IMG/VR virus record: IMGVR_UViG_3300025924_000001
Span: 1-64,000 of that record
Origin: a virus
Taxonomy: Duplodnaviria; Caudoviricetes
Reading direction: 5' to 3' (one strand)
Length of the DNA: 64,000 nt
Part shown: positions 45,069-53,585 of the stretch, one piece after another
Numbering within the stretch: the stretch's first letter is position 1
Layout of the letters: the number at the start of each line of letters is the position of its first letter
Position numbers and translations under genes: made by a program
The notes under the pieces: model-generated
Database searches by the model: none
Seen by the model: only the letters and a program-made list of their open reading frames with translations
What the model was told of the DNA's origin: nothing

Positions 45069-46048
45069 GTCAGCAGCACCCTCTCCCACCGCCACAGGTT
45101 GTCCTCGATCAGGCTATTCGCAGCGACGTAGCTGCGGGCGTGCGCGCTCATCTTCTCGCGGAGCCGCGCGTCACCGAGCAGCTCGCGCAGGTAGATCGCC
45201 CACTCGTGCGGTCGGTCCACCAGGAAGCCGGTCTCGCCGTGACGAACGTAATCCGCGTAGGGGCCGCAGTTCGACGCGATGATGGGGATGCCGAGCGCGC
45301 CGTACTCCATCGCCTTCAGCGCCGACTTTGACTTGTTGAACAACGACGGCCGTAGGGGAGCGAGGCCGAGGTCGAAGTCGATCGACCGCAGGTAGTCGTC
45401 GATCTCGCCGTGCCACTCCGAGTGGCGCCACAGGTTCTTGGGCCACTTCTCGACGAGGTTGTGACCCATGATGTGCAGCTCCGCCTGGGGCACGCGAGTG
45501 AGAAACCGCCGCAGCTCGCTGCTGAGCTCGGTCCAGTCACCGACGTGCGTGGCGCTGCCCGCGTAGCCGACCGTCACGCGGTCGCTGACGTGCTCCCGCT
45601 CGTGGTCGATGAGCCAGCTCGAGACGTGGTTCGGGATCACCTCGATGGGCGCGGTGGTGTACTCGCTGAGCCGGTTCGCGAGGTGATCCGTCGTCGTCGT
45701 CACGACGTCGGCGACCGCGAGGTTCCGCTTGGCTCGTTCCTGCATCTCAGGCTTGAAGAAATTGTGCGCGATCGCGTTCGAGCCCTCGATGTTCCATAGG
45801 TCGTCATCGAACTCGAGAACGACCTTGACACTGCCCTTGCGGGCCGTCCTCTGGATCCACTCCGTGGGTCCCTCGAGGACCACGCGCTGCGCGATCACGA
45901 CGTCGACGTTGCCGAGCGCGACGTCCGCGGGCATGCTGCCATCGTAGAAGACGTCGTAGCCACGGGCCTTGAGCGCGTTGAACGGCTGCTTGACCCGATA
46001 GTAGCCGCAGCCGCTGTGGTCGCAGAGCCAGCCGAAGACGCGGGTCAC
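45065..46048 (-). CDS. glycosyltransferase (GT-B, GT4-like)
   Basis: GCGYYR, EFDDDL, GYAGS..H, FNKSKS.LK.MEY, HGETGFL. Confidence 0.88.
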   Translation of the reverse strand: MTRVFGWLCDHSGCGYYRVKQPFNALKARGYDVFYDGSMPADVALGNVDVVIAQRVVLEGPTEWIQRTARKGSVKVVLEFDDDLWNIEGSNAIAHNFFKPEMQERAKRNLAVADVVTTTTDHLANRLSEYTTAPIEVIPNHVSSWLIDHEREHVSDRVTVGYAGSATHVGDWTELSSELRRFLTRVPQAELHIMGHNLVEKWPKNLWRHSEWHGEIDDYLRSIDFDLGLAPLRPSLFNKSKSALKAMEYGALGIPIIASNCGPYADYVRHGETGFLVDRPHEWAIYLRELLGDARLREKMSAHARSYVAANSLIEDNLWRWERVLLT

Positions 46049-46386
46049 GGCTCGCTGACCGTTCTCACCGGCTCACGGGGCACCCAACGGCCGCGCGTCT
46101 CCCAGCTGTGCCTGATCCACTGCCACCACGAGCCATCCGTCGTGACGGTGATCTCACCGCAATCACCGTCCTGGTCGGGGTATCGGCTGACCATGAACGC
46201 GTGGGCCCAGTTCTGGGTGTACCGACAGTCGCTCTCGCGGCAGACCCACCCGTTGAGAACAGGAATCAGGGGGCCGTGGTCCGAGTCAATCCCACACGTG
46301 AACGGGTGAAAGTGGCCGCGCCGCTGAAAGGCGTCGAGGGCGTCGACCACCTCGCGGGACCACGGTGCGTAGACCTTGACGCTCAC
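46045..46386 (-). CDS. hypothetical protein
   Basis: APW...FQ...HPFTC...WVC..C.YTQNWAH. Confidence 0.65.
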   Translation of the reverse strand: MSVKVYAPWSREVVDALDAFQRRGHFHPFTCGIDSDHGPLIPVLNGWVCRESDCRYTQNWAHAFMVSRYPDQDGDCGEITVTTDGSWWQWIRHSWETRGRWVPREPVRTVSEP

Positions 46387-46670
46387 TCGTCATCCTCCGT
46401 GACGGTGGCTTCACCGCACCTGGGGCACTCGTGGCTCCACGCGTTCCACAGTCGAGCGCACGCGACGCACCAGCGACCGCGCTTGGTTCCGAGGAAGCCG
46501 CGGAAGCCGCCGGCGAACGCGAGGCCGCCCTCGCCGCCGACCTGCTTCTGAACCGCGGTCGCGTGGCGGTCCGAGACCTCGACGCTGCCGCGACTGTTGC
46601 GCGTGTACCGGGTGCCGTCCTCCATGTTGAGGCCGTCGCAGCCCGGCGGGAGGTTGACGCGGACGCTCAC
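46383..46670 (-). CDS. hypothetical protein with C-terminal Zn ribbon
   Basis: CVAC...CPRCG. Confidence 0.7.
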   Translation of the reverse strand: MSVRVNLPPGCDGLNMEDGTRYTRNSRGSVEVSDRHATAVQKQVGGEGGLAFAGGFRGFLGTKRGRWCVACARLWNAWSHECPRCGEATVTEDDE

Positions 46671-46891
46671 TCGTCGACCTCATCATCGACGGTGAAGGTC
46701 AGAGTGTACGCCTTGCCGACCTCGAACAGGTTGGCGTCCTTGACGGAGATGTTGACCGACAGCGTGGGGGTCGCGGCGGCCCACGCCTTGTTGCGGCCGT
46801 CGGCGTAGTCGACACCGAACTCGAACGCGGCGCCCTCGCTGCCCCAGATCTTCTTGCTGTTACACTTGACCTTCGCGGTCACCTGAGCCAT
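46667..46891 (-). CDS. small beta protein
   Basis: MAQVTAKVKC...NKAWAAATP...FEVGKAYTLTF. Confidence 0.7.
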   Translation of the reverse strand: MAQVTAKVKCNSKKIWGSEGAAFEFGVDYADGRNKAWAAATPTLSVNISVKDANLFEVGKAYTLTFTVDDEVDE

Positions 46892-46907
46892 CGTCGCCCT
46901 CGATTCG

Positions 46908-47516
46908 CTAAAAGTTGATGTGCTTCGGGTGGCAGTCACCGCGAACCACCCTCACCGGGATCCCGAGGCGCTTGGCGAGACGGTGCATGTTCAGGTCCAC
47001 GTAGGGGTAGTGCCACTCCTTGAGGCCCTCGATCACCGCCGCATCCACGAGTCGCCGCGGTAGGTAGGTGAAGCAGAAGGTGAACCAGTCGGGGTCGTCG
47101 ACGTCGGTCTGCCAGAGCCTGATCGTGTCCTGTCCGGTGGCTCCCGGTGACGGCTCCTTGCGGTGACCCCAGACCCAACTCGGCAGGTGGGTCGAGCGCG
47201 GCCACAGCTTCGCGGGGGCGGTCCACACCGAGGTGGTGTCTCGACCCACGTGAGAGATCATCGCTCCCAGGTCGGTGGGCTCGATCGCGACGTCCGAGTC
47301 GAGCAGCAGCATGCCGACGTCCGCGGGGGTCGCCATCTGTCGCCACGCGGAGGCGAGCACGAGGCCCTTGCGCCCCTTGGGGTGCGCCGGCTCCGGGTTG
47401 ACCTCGATGACGTGAAACGGGTGCTCGACGCTGGGGATCGTGCGGCCTCGCCACGCGACCTTGACGCAGATGAGATTGACCACGGCGCCGGCGGCACTCG
47501 TCTCCGGACCTGTCAC
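46908..47516 (-). CDS. GT-A-like glycosyltransferase (putative)
   Basis: MLLLDSDV (DxD), FCFTYLPRRL, D...H...H C-terminal pattern. Confidence 0.55.
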   Translation of the reverse strand: MTGPETSAAGAVVNLICVKVAWRGRTIPSVEHPFHVIEVNPEPAHPKGRKGLVLASAWRQMATPADVGMLLLDSDVAIEPTDLGAMISHVGRDTTSVWTAPAKLWPRSTHLPSWVWGHRKEPSPGATGQDTIRLWQTDVDDPDWFTFCFTYLPRRLVDAAVIEGLKEWHYPYVDLNMHRLAKRLGIPVRVVRGDCHPKHINF

Positions 47517-47610
47517 GCGACGCTCCCAGCTCGGGATTGAAGCGACGGCTCTCCCGTCGGCTTCACTATATCGCGTACCAAGATGGCGGAGACGAGATGC
47601 CGTCGGGCTG

Positions 47611-47895
47611 TTATCGAGGTGTCGTGAGAACGTAGCCAACGGTGCCCGACACGGCACCGCTGGCCACCGTGACGTACAGGTCCGTCGTCGACCCGGCTCC
47701 CTGACCGGTCAGCTTGATGGACTGACCGTTGGGGATGGGGCAACCGTTGCTCGACGACACCCGGCTGCTCGTGCCGAGGAACACGACGGCGCCGGCGTTG
47801 TTGCTGATGACCAGGTCGTACACGTCCCCCGGCGCGGACACCAGGAGAACCCCACTTCCGCTCACGGGGATCGCGACGTTCGTGATGACGGCCAC
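47611..47895 (-). CDS. head decoration-like protein, paralogue 3
   Basis: ISNNAGAVVFLG...G.PIPNGQSIKL. Confidence 0.55.
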   Translation of the reverse strand: MAVITNVAIPVSGSGVLLVSAPGDVYDLVISNNAGAVVFLGTSSRVSSSNGCPIPNGQSIKLTGQGAGSTTDLYVTVASGAVSGTVGYVLTTPR

Positions 47896-47897
47896 GG

Positions 47898-48401
47898 CTA
47901 CGACGTTCCCGCGACCGTCTTCACGGTTCCCGTCGAGGCCCCGGTCACCACCGCCACGGCGGCCCCGGCACGGTGGTCGTAGACCACCGCCGCGGCCAGC
48001 GTGAGGTGAGTGCTGTCCGGGATCGACGCGATGGTGCCGACCTCGCTGGTGCCACCGGTGCCGACCTGCACGAGGTTGCCGGCCGCGAAGTTCGCCGTCG
48101 TGCCGACGCTGATGTTGCTGGTCAGGCCGCCGGTTGCCGCCGCGGTCAGGTTGGTCGTCGCCGTGCCGCTGACGGTGACGCCGCCCGCGGCCGCGTAGAT
48201 CGCGTTGACGCCGTTCGCGAAGCTGAGCTCCGTCTGCGGCGGCAGCGCGAGGCCGCTCGAGGCGGTGACGCCGGCACCGCCGACGTACACCGTCGACGGC
48301 CCGGCGTTGAAGACCACGACGTGTGGCCTGCCGACGCTCGCGGGAGTGTAGACCTGGACCGGCGCCGCTCCCACGGGCGTGTAGATGGAACGGCTGGCCA
48401 C
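47898..48401 (-). CDS. head decoration-like protein, paralogue 2 (with inserted beta domain)
   Basis: VFNAGPSTVYVGG.GVT...GL.LPP. Confidence 0.55.
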   Translation of the reverse strand: MASRSIYTPVGAAPVQVYTPASVGRPHVVVFNAGPSTVYVGGAGVTASSGLALPPQTELSFANGVNAIYAAAGGVTVSGTATTNLTAAATGGLTSNISVGTTANFAAGNLVQVGTGGTSEVGTIASIPDSTHLTLAAAVVYDHRAGAAVAVVTGASTGTVKTVAGTS

Positions 48402-48402
48402 G

Positions 48403-48756
48403 TCACACCACCGACGGGTTGGACGCCAGCGCGGCGAGGATGGTCGCGGACTGCCCGTTGGCGACCGCGGCGTACAGGTTGTTGACGAGGCCCTGAACGG
48501 TCAGCTGCTCGCCCGGGTTGAGCTGAATGCCCGCGGCCGTGGCGGTGATGCCGGAGGCACCCAGGTAGGCGGTGTTCGGCCCCGTGTTGATCACGGTGTA
48601 GGCCTGCTGGGCCGGCGTGGACGTCTGGAAGTTCCAGGTGTAGCTCTTGCCGCCGTGGCTGACGTTGCCGCCGGTGACGGCGAAGACCTGGGTGGCACCC
48701 GACACGCTGACCGTGGTGTTCTGAAGCTGGGGGTAGTCCCCCTCGAAGATTGCCAC
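48403..48756 (-). CDS. head decoration-like protein, paralogue 1
   Basis: VINTGPNTAYLG..GIT...GIQLNPG. Confidence 0.55.
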   Translation of the reverse strand: MAIFEGDYPQLQNTTVSVSGATQVFAVTGGNVSHGGKSYTWNFQTSTPAQQAYTVINTGPNTAYLGASGITATAAGIQLNPGEQLTVQGLVNNLYAAVANGQSATILAALASNPSVV

Positions 48757-48789
48757 TTTCGTTCCTTTCGAGGACGAAGGTCGAGGAAG

Positions 48790-48817
48790 GCGCGACGGCT
48801 CGTGAGAGCCGTCGCGC
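48790..48817. terminator. stem-loop after major capsid gene
   Basis: 12-bp arms GCGCGACGGCTC/GAGCCGTCGCGC. Confidence 0.7.
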
Positions 48818-48823
48818 GACCGA

Positions 48824-50629
48824 TCACGTGTAGGGAGTGGTGCTGGTCTTCTGCAGGCCGGCCAGGTGCGCGGAGTACTGCGGCGCGTGAGCCACCATCG
48901 CCCCGTACAGGAAGATGCTGTAGCGGAAGGTGGCGTCGATGACCGGCCACGCGATGGACACGTAGTCCTGGACCGTGGTCATCTCCCAGGCGTTCGCGAC
49001 GTTCGTCCACGTCTGCGGGAGCTGGTAGGTCATGAGGTCGGCGTTGCCCTGCTTGTACCAGGGGTGAACGACCATCTTCATGATCGAGCGGGTGAACGGG
49101 TTGCGGAACTCGTCGACCGCGGCACCGGTCTGGATGCCACCGGTCTCCGACTGCTGGATGAACAGACGGTAGTTGGTGGCGGAGCCCTGCGCGATGACGT
49201 CGTCGGACAGGTTCGCGATGTCGGTCGCCGAGCTGAGCAGCTCGGCCGGGTCGGCCTTGAACGCGCCGGGGTTGTTGGACGAGCTGTCCCACAGCGCCTT
49301 CAGGGTCGTGTTGATGACGTTGTAGTTCAGCGTCGAGCCGACCGCGTTGTTGACGTAGCCGCCCTGCCAGCCGGACGGGTAGATGCCAGCGTTGGCCGAC
49401 ACGCCGGCGAGCGTCGGGATGACGCCCTCCATGCGGGTGCCCTTGCCGGTGCCGGTGTCGGCGGCCGGGACGGCGACCGTGGTCGCGGCGGTGCCCTGCA
49501 GGGTGAAGCGGGTGCCGCCGACCTGAGCCTGCTGCAGGAAGTAGCCGGCGCTCGCGTTGTTGGTGTAGATGTTCGTGAACAGCGCGCCCGCGACCGTGGG
49601 GATGGTCACGTCCACGACCTGGCCGGCGCCGACGGTGACGCTGTTGCTCGCCACGGACGGGGCGGTCTCACCCCAGTAGTTGCCGGCGGTGATCTCGACG
49701 GTCAGGGTGCCGGTGGTGAACGCGGTCTCGTTGCTGCCCGCGGTCCGGAGCGTGATGGTCGGCGCGGCCGGCGCGGCCAGGTTGATCGAGGTGCCCGCGA
49801 TCATCTGGTACTCCTCGCCGAGCATCATCTCCTGGAGGAGGATGAGGTTCGCGAGGGCCGAAACGTCCTCGAATCCCTGGCCACTGAACTGGGCCAGCCA
49901 GGACAGCTGCTCGGTGATGCCGAAGAACCGGTAGGGCACGTTGAGGGTGACCTCGGTCTGGCTACCCGACGGCGGCAGGTTCAGCGGCCAGGAGCTGAAC
50001 GAGCCCCCGGACGTGACCAGCTCGTCGATCGAGATGTCGAGGACGCCCTGCCCGCCGGTCTGGGAGCCGCTGATGCCAGTGAAGACGCGCTCGATGCGGC
50101 TGAGACCCTGACCCGCAGGACGGGGGAACTTGTTGCGGTACAGGGTGTAGACGGGGTAGATCAGTCGGGACGGCGCGAGCAGGTCGAACGGCACGAGGCC
50201 GTAGATGCTGCCGATGCCGAGGTTGCCGGCGGTGAAGCTCTTGTCCGCGCCGGGGATGCCCTGCAGCAGCTGGCCGATCTGCTCCCCGATGGACGGCGCG
50301 GTCAGCGCCGTCTTCAGGTTGCCGAACTGGTTGAGGAAGCCCTGGTTCATGGACTTCACGACCGAGCTACGGTTCTGGTAGCCCTGCATCGTCGCGGTGC
50401 GCAGGTCCAGGGCGGCCTGGTGCGCGCGGTAGGTGATGTCGGCCTGGTCCTCCAGCGGCTTGTTGGAGCCGATGGTCGCGAGGCCGGCGCCCTTCACCAG
50501 GTTCGGCAGCTGCGCCTTGATCGCGTCGCCGGTGGTGTTGCAGCGCGAGACGGTGTCCTGCAGGCCCGCCTTGAGCTCGTTCATGTCCGTGGGCGTCTGG
50601 GTGTCGGCGCCCTCGAGGAGTGCAGCCAC
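48824..50629 (-). CDS. major capsid protein (HK97 fold, with central insertion)
   Basis: follows the protease; 601 aa, strongly biased codons, terminator downstream; FDL.APS..IYP, VHPW.KQG. Confidence 0.8.
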   Translation of the reverse strand: MAALLEGADTQTPTDMNELKAGLQDTVSRCNTTGDAIKAQLPNLVKGAGLATIGSNKPLEDQADITYRAHQAALDLRTATMQGYQNRSSVVKSMNQGFLNQFGNLKTALTAPSIGEQIGQLLQGIPGADKSFTAGNLGIGSIYGLVPFDLLAPSRLIYPVYTLYRNKFPRPAGQGLSRIERVFTGISGSQTGGQGVLDISIDELVTSGGSFSSWPLNLPPSGSQTEVTLNVPYRFFGITEQLSWLAQFSGQGFEDVSALANLILLQEMMLGEEYQMIAGTSINLAAPAAPTITLRTAGSNETAFTTGTLTVEITAGNYWGETAPSVASNSVTVGAGQVVDVTIPTVAGALFTNIYTNNASAGYFLQQAQVGGTRFTLQGTAATTVAVPAADTGTGKGTRMEGVIPTLAGVSANAGIYPSGWQGGYVNNAVGSTLNYNVINTTLKALWDSSSNNPGAFKADPAELLSSATDIANLSDDVIAQGSATNYRLFIQQSETGGIQTGAAVDEFRNPFTRSIMKMVVHPWYKQGNADLMTYQLPQTWTNVANAWEMTTVQDYVSIAWPVIDATFRYSIFLYGAMVAHAPQYSAHLAGLQKTSTTPYT

Positions 50630-50669
50630 GGTGGTTCCCTTCCGGAAAGCAGCGGTTAGCGGTTGTGAT

Positions 50670-53570
50670 CTACTTGAAACCGGTCATCTTCTTCAGCTCC
50701 CGCCACGCAACTTCCCGCTGCATCGGGTCGGGGTCGTTCCGCCACTGGTGGTGCAGTGCCTGGAACACGGACTCCTGAGCGCGCTCCGCGCGGCTCACGG
50801 ACGGCAGCACCTCCGGTGCCACCGCCTTGTTGATCTGGTCGAACGCGACGCCGCGGTAGGGACCCACCGGGTCCGGCTGCTCGGCGAGCGCCTCCAGCTT
50901 CTTGCGGGTCTTCTTGAGGTCCTTCCGAAGGTCGGCGACCTCGGCGTCTCGGGCCGCGTTGACGTCGGCGACGGCCTTCGTGATCATCTCCTGGACGGTC
51001 ACGAGGTCGAGGGTGACGGCCTTGGTGACCTCGGTCGTGACGGTCTTCTCGGCCTCAACGACCTCGGTCGCCGCGGCCTCGACCCTCACCTTCTTGGGCT
51101 TGGCGGCCTTGGCCGCACCGGCACCGTGCGGTGCTGGGCCGCCGACCCCCACCGGCACCGGACGAGAGCCCGGCAGCGAGCCGCCGTAGGGGCTGCCGCT
51201 GGGCGCGGTTGGGCAGAGGTCGGGGAAGGTCTGCGCGATGTGGTCGTGCATGGCCAGCATGGCCTGCCGCGCGTTGTCCTTCATCGCGTTGGTGTAGTAG
51301 GTGCGGGTGGGGACGCCGGTCACCGACGGTGGGCTCACCGGTCGCATCGGGTTGCTGCCGCTCGCGGGTGTCTCGGAGGCGCGACCCGCGGTGAGGTAGC
51401 CGTGGTTGAACTGCGCCGCGGAGATCGACCCGAACGGGTTGGGCGCGGTGTTGGGGCCGCCGTGGCCCGGCGACGCGGCCTCGTGACCGGCCGTGACGAG
51501 CGGACGGTTGTAGGAGCGGCCGTTCATCGAGCCCGGGGCGGGGAAGGTGCCGGGACCGGGGTTCGCGTCGCGGAACTCCTTGTACAGCTCCGACTTCGCC
51601 TCGAGCAGGTAGCGCGGGTCGGTTCCCTTGAGGGTGACCACGTGCTGCCACAGGTCGTTCGCCTTGCGGGCCTGGTCGAGCGGCGCGGACGCGGCCATCT
51701 CGAAGGCCTTGCGCTGCCAGTGGTTCGGGTCGAGGCTGGACAGGTCGTAGCTGGGGTAGCTCTTCGCGACGTCGTCTGGGTGGAAGCACGGGCAGGTCAG
51801 GTCGTGCAGCACGCCGTAGTCCGCGGGAACGTTGAGCATCTTCAGCCGCATCGACGCCGAGCCCTCGTGGTCGCCGGGGAAGATGAGGTCCGCGGTCTTC
51901 ACGCTCGAGTCGGGAACGGTGGGCAGCTTCGCGTCGTGCTCGAGGGCCTCGATCGCGGGGCCGTCCGGCTCGCGGTGCGCCGGCACCGGGTCGGCGTCCT
52001 CGGTCTCCTCGACGCCGTCGGTGGGCGTCGCCTTCTTCTCGGCCTTCACCTTCTTGCCCTTGTGGCTCGCCCGGATCTTGCCGCCGGTGGCCTCGTCGTC
52101 ATCCCCACCGTCGCCGTTCTCACCGCCGGCGGCCTTGACCTTGCTGTCCGCCTCCGGCAGGTAGCCGGGGTGGGCCTTGCCGCAGGACGGGCAGAACTTC
52201 TCGCCCTTGTCGAGCTGGTAGCCGCAGCCGAGGCACGTGAAGTCGTGGTTCTTCTTGACCGCGAGCGCGCCCTTGAGCTTGCCGCCGCACTCGGGGCAGA
52301 AGTTGTGCTCGGCGTGCAGGTTCGCCCCACAGCCGGGGCACATGACCTTGTCCTTCTTCTCGACGGTGACGACCTTCTCGACGGTCGGCTCGACGGCCTT
52401 CTCGCCGTCGTCGCACTTCTCCGTCTCGTTCTCGTCCTCGTCGTCGGCCTTGGCGCTGCCGGCGCCGCCGGTCCCGGCACCGGCGGTGCCGCCGCCGGCC
52501 TCACCCGCGCCGGCGCTGCCGCCGCTCGTGCCGCTGCCGCCACCGGTGGAGCCGGCCTTCGCCTCGTCGGGCTCCTCGTCCTTCGTGGCGTCCGGCTCGT
52601 CCATGGTCTTCGCCTCGGTGACGTCGTCCTCGACGGTGTCGACGTCGATCACCTTCTCGCTGTCGCTCATGCCGAGCTCCTTCTTCCAGCTCTCGGGGAG
52701 CCGGGCCACGAAGGCGGCACCCTTGCGTCGGGCGATGCGAATGATGCTGCTCTTCAGGTCCTCGGGCGACTTGTTGTCGTCGCCGGCGCGGCCGATCGAG
52801 GTCGCGGCGTCGTGCACGTCCTGAGGGGTGACGATGGGGAAGGAGCGGTCGGTGCCCGCGAAGTCACCGGCGGGGATCGCGTCGCGATCGGTGCCGCCAC
52901 CCACGTTGGGGTCCACGTCGCGCTTCACGACGCCCTCGTGACCGGTGAGTGCCTTAGCGACGTCGGCCGGGGTGACGCGCTCACCCTCGTACGTGACGCC
53001 GCGCTTCACGACGATCTCGGTGACGTCGCCCAGCATCTTGCCCACGAACTCGGGGTCACCGTCGGCGCCGGCGGCCTTCACGAGCTGGAACTTCGAGTTG
53101 AAGTTGCTGCCGCGGTCGACGAGGCTGATCTCACTGATCTTGGTGAGGCCGTCGCGGCGGCCGCGGATGATGCCGTTCATGGCCTTGCCGGTGGGGTCCG
53201 GCACGATGTCCGGGTGCGTGATGCCCACCGAGTAGCAGGTCAGGACGCCCTTGCGAACGAGCTCCTTGGCCACGGGCTCCACGACGAGGGACTTGACCCA
53301 GTGCCCGTCGGGGGTCGCCTCCACCTCGAGGCCCCTGCCGGCCGGGTCCCGGCGAGCCTGGTGCTGCACCCGCACGTTGCCGCCGGTCTCGAGCCACTCG
53401 TGGATCGCCTTCGCGGACCAGTCCTGGTCGACGATCTGCAGGTCGCTGTCGACGGTGCCGTCGGTGGCCTTGCCGTAGACGATGAGGTCGCCGTCGGCCG
53501 TCTCCTCGGTCTTCTCGATGGGGAACGAGAAGTAGGTCAGCTCGCCGTCGGGGGTGAGGGTTGCGGCCAC
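50670..53570 (-). CDS. capsid maturation protease/scaffold multidomain protein
   Basis: HK97-type protease (VYGKAT, VRVQH, YSVG, EISLVDR); DUF6582-like DFAG..RSFPI; double Zn ribbon; C-terminal coiled coil. Confidence 0.85.
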   Translation of the reverse strand: MAATLTPDGELTYFSFPIEKTEETADGDLIVYGKATDGTVDSDLQIVDQDWSAKAIHEWLETGGNVRVQHQARRDPAGRGLEVEATPDGHWVKSLVVEPVAKELVRKGVLTCYSVGITHPDIVPDPTGKAMNGIIRGRRDGLTKISEISLVDRGSNFNSKFQLVKAAGADGDPEFVGKMLGDVTEIVVKRGVTYEGERVTPADVAKALTGHEGVVKRDVDPNVGGGTDRDAIPAGDFAGTDRSFPIVTPQDVHDAATSIGRAGDDNKSPEDLKSSIIRIARRKGAAFVARLPESWKKELGMSDSEKVIDVDTVEDDVTEAKTMDEPDATKDEEPDEAKAGSTGGGSGTSGGSAGAGEAGGGTAGAGTGGAGSAKADDEDENETEKCDDGEKAVEPTVEKVVTVEKKDKVMCPGCGANLHAEHNFCPECGGKLKGALAVKKNHDFTCLGCGYQLDKGEKFCPSCGKAHPGYLPEADSKVKAAGGENGDGGDDDEATGGKIRASHKGKKVKAEKKATPTDGVEETEDADPVPAHREPDGPAIEALEHDAKLPTVPDSSVKTADLIFPGDHEGSASMRLKMLNVPADYGVLHDLTCPCFHPDDVAKSYPSYDLSSLDPNHWQRKAFEMAASAPLDQARKANDLWQHVVTLKGTDPRYLLEAKSELYKEFRDANPGPGTFPAPGSMNGRSYNRPLVTAGHEAASPGHGGPNTAPNPFGSISAAQFNHGYLTAGRASETPASGSNPMRPVSPPSVTGVPTRTYYTNAMKDNARQAMLAMHDHIAQTFPDLCPTAPSGSPYGGSLPGSRPVPVGVGGPAPHGAGAAKAAKPKKVRVEAAATEVVEAEKTVTTEVTKAVTLDLVTVQEMITKAVADVNAARDAEVADLRKDLKKTRKKLEALAEQPDPVGPYRGVAFDQINKAVAPEVLPSVSRAERAQESVFQALHHQWRNDPDPMQREVAWRELKKMTGFK

Positions 53571-53585
53571 ACGGCTTCCTTTCCG

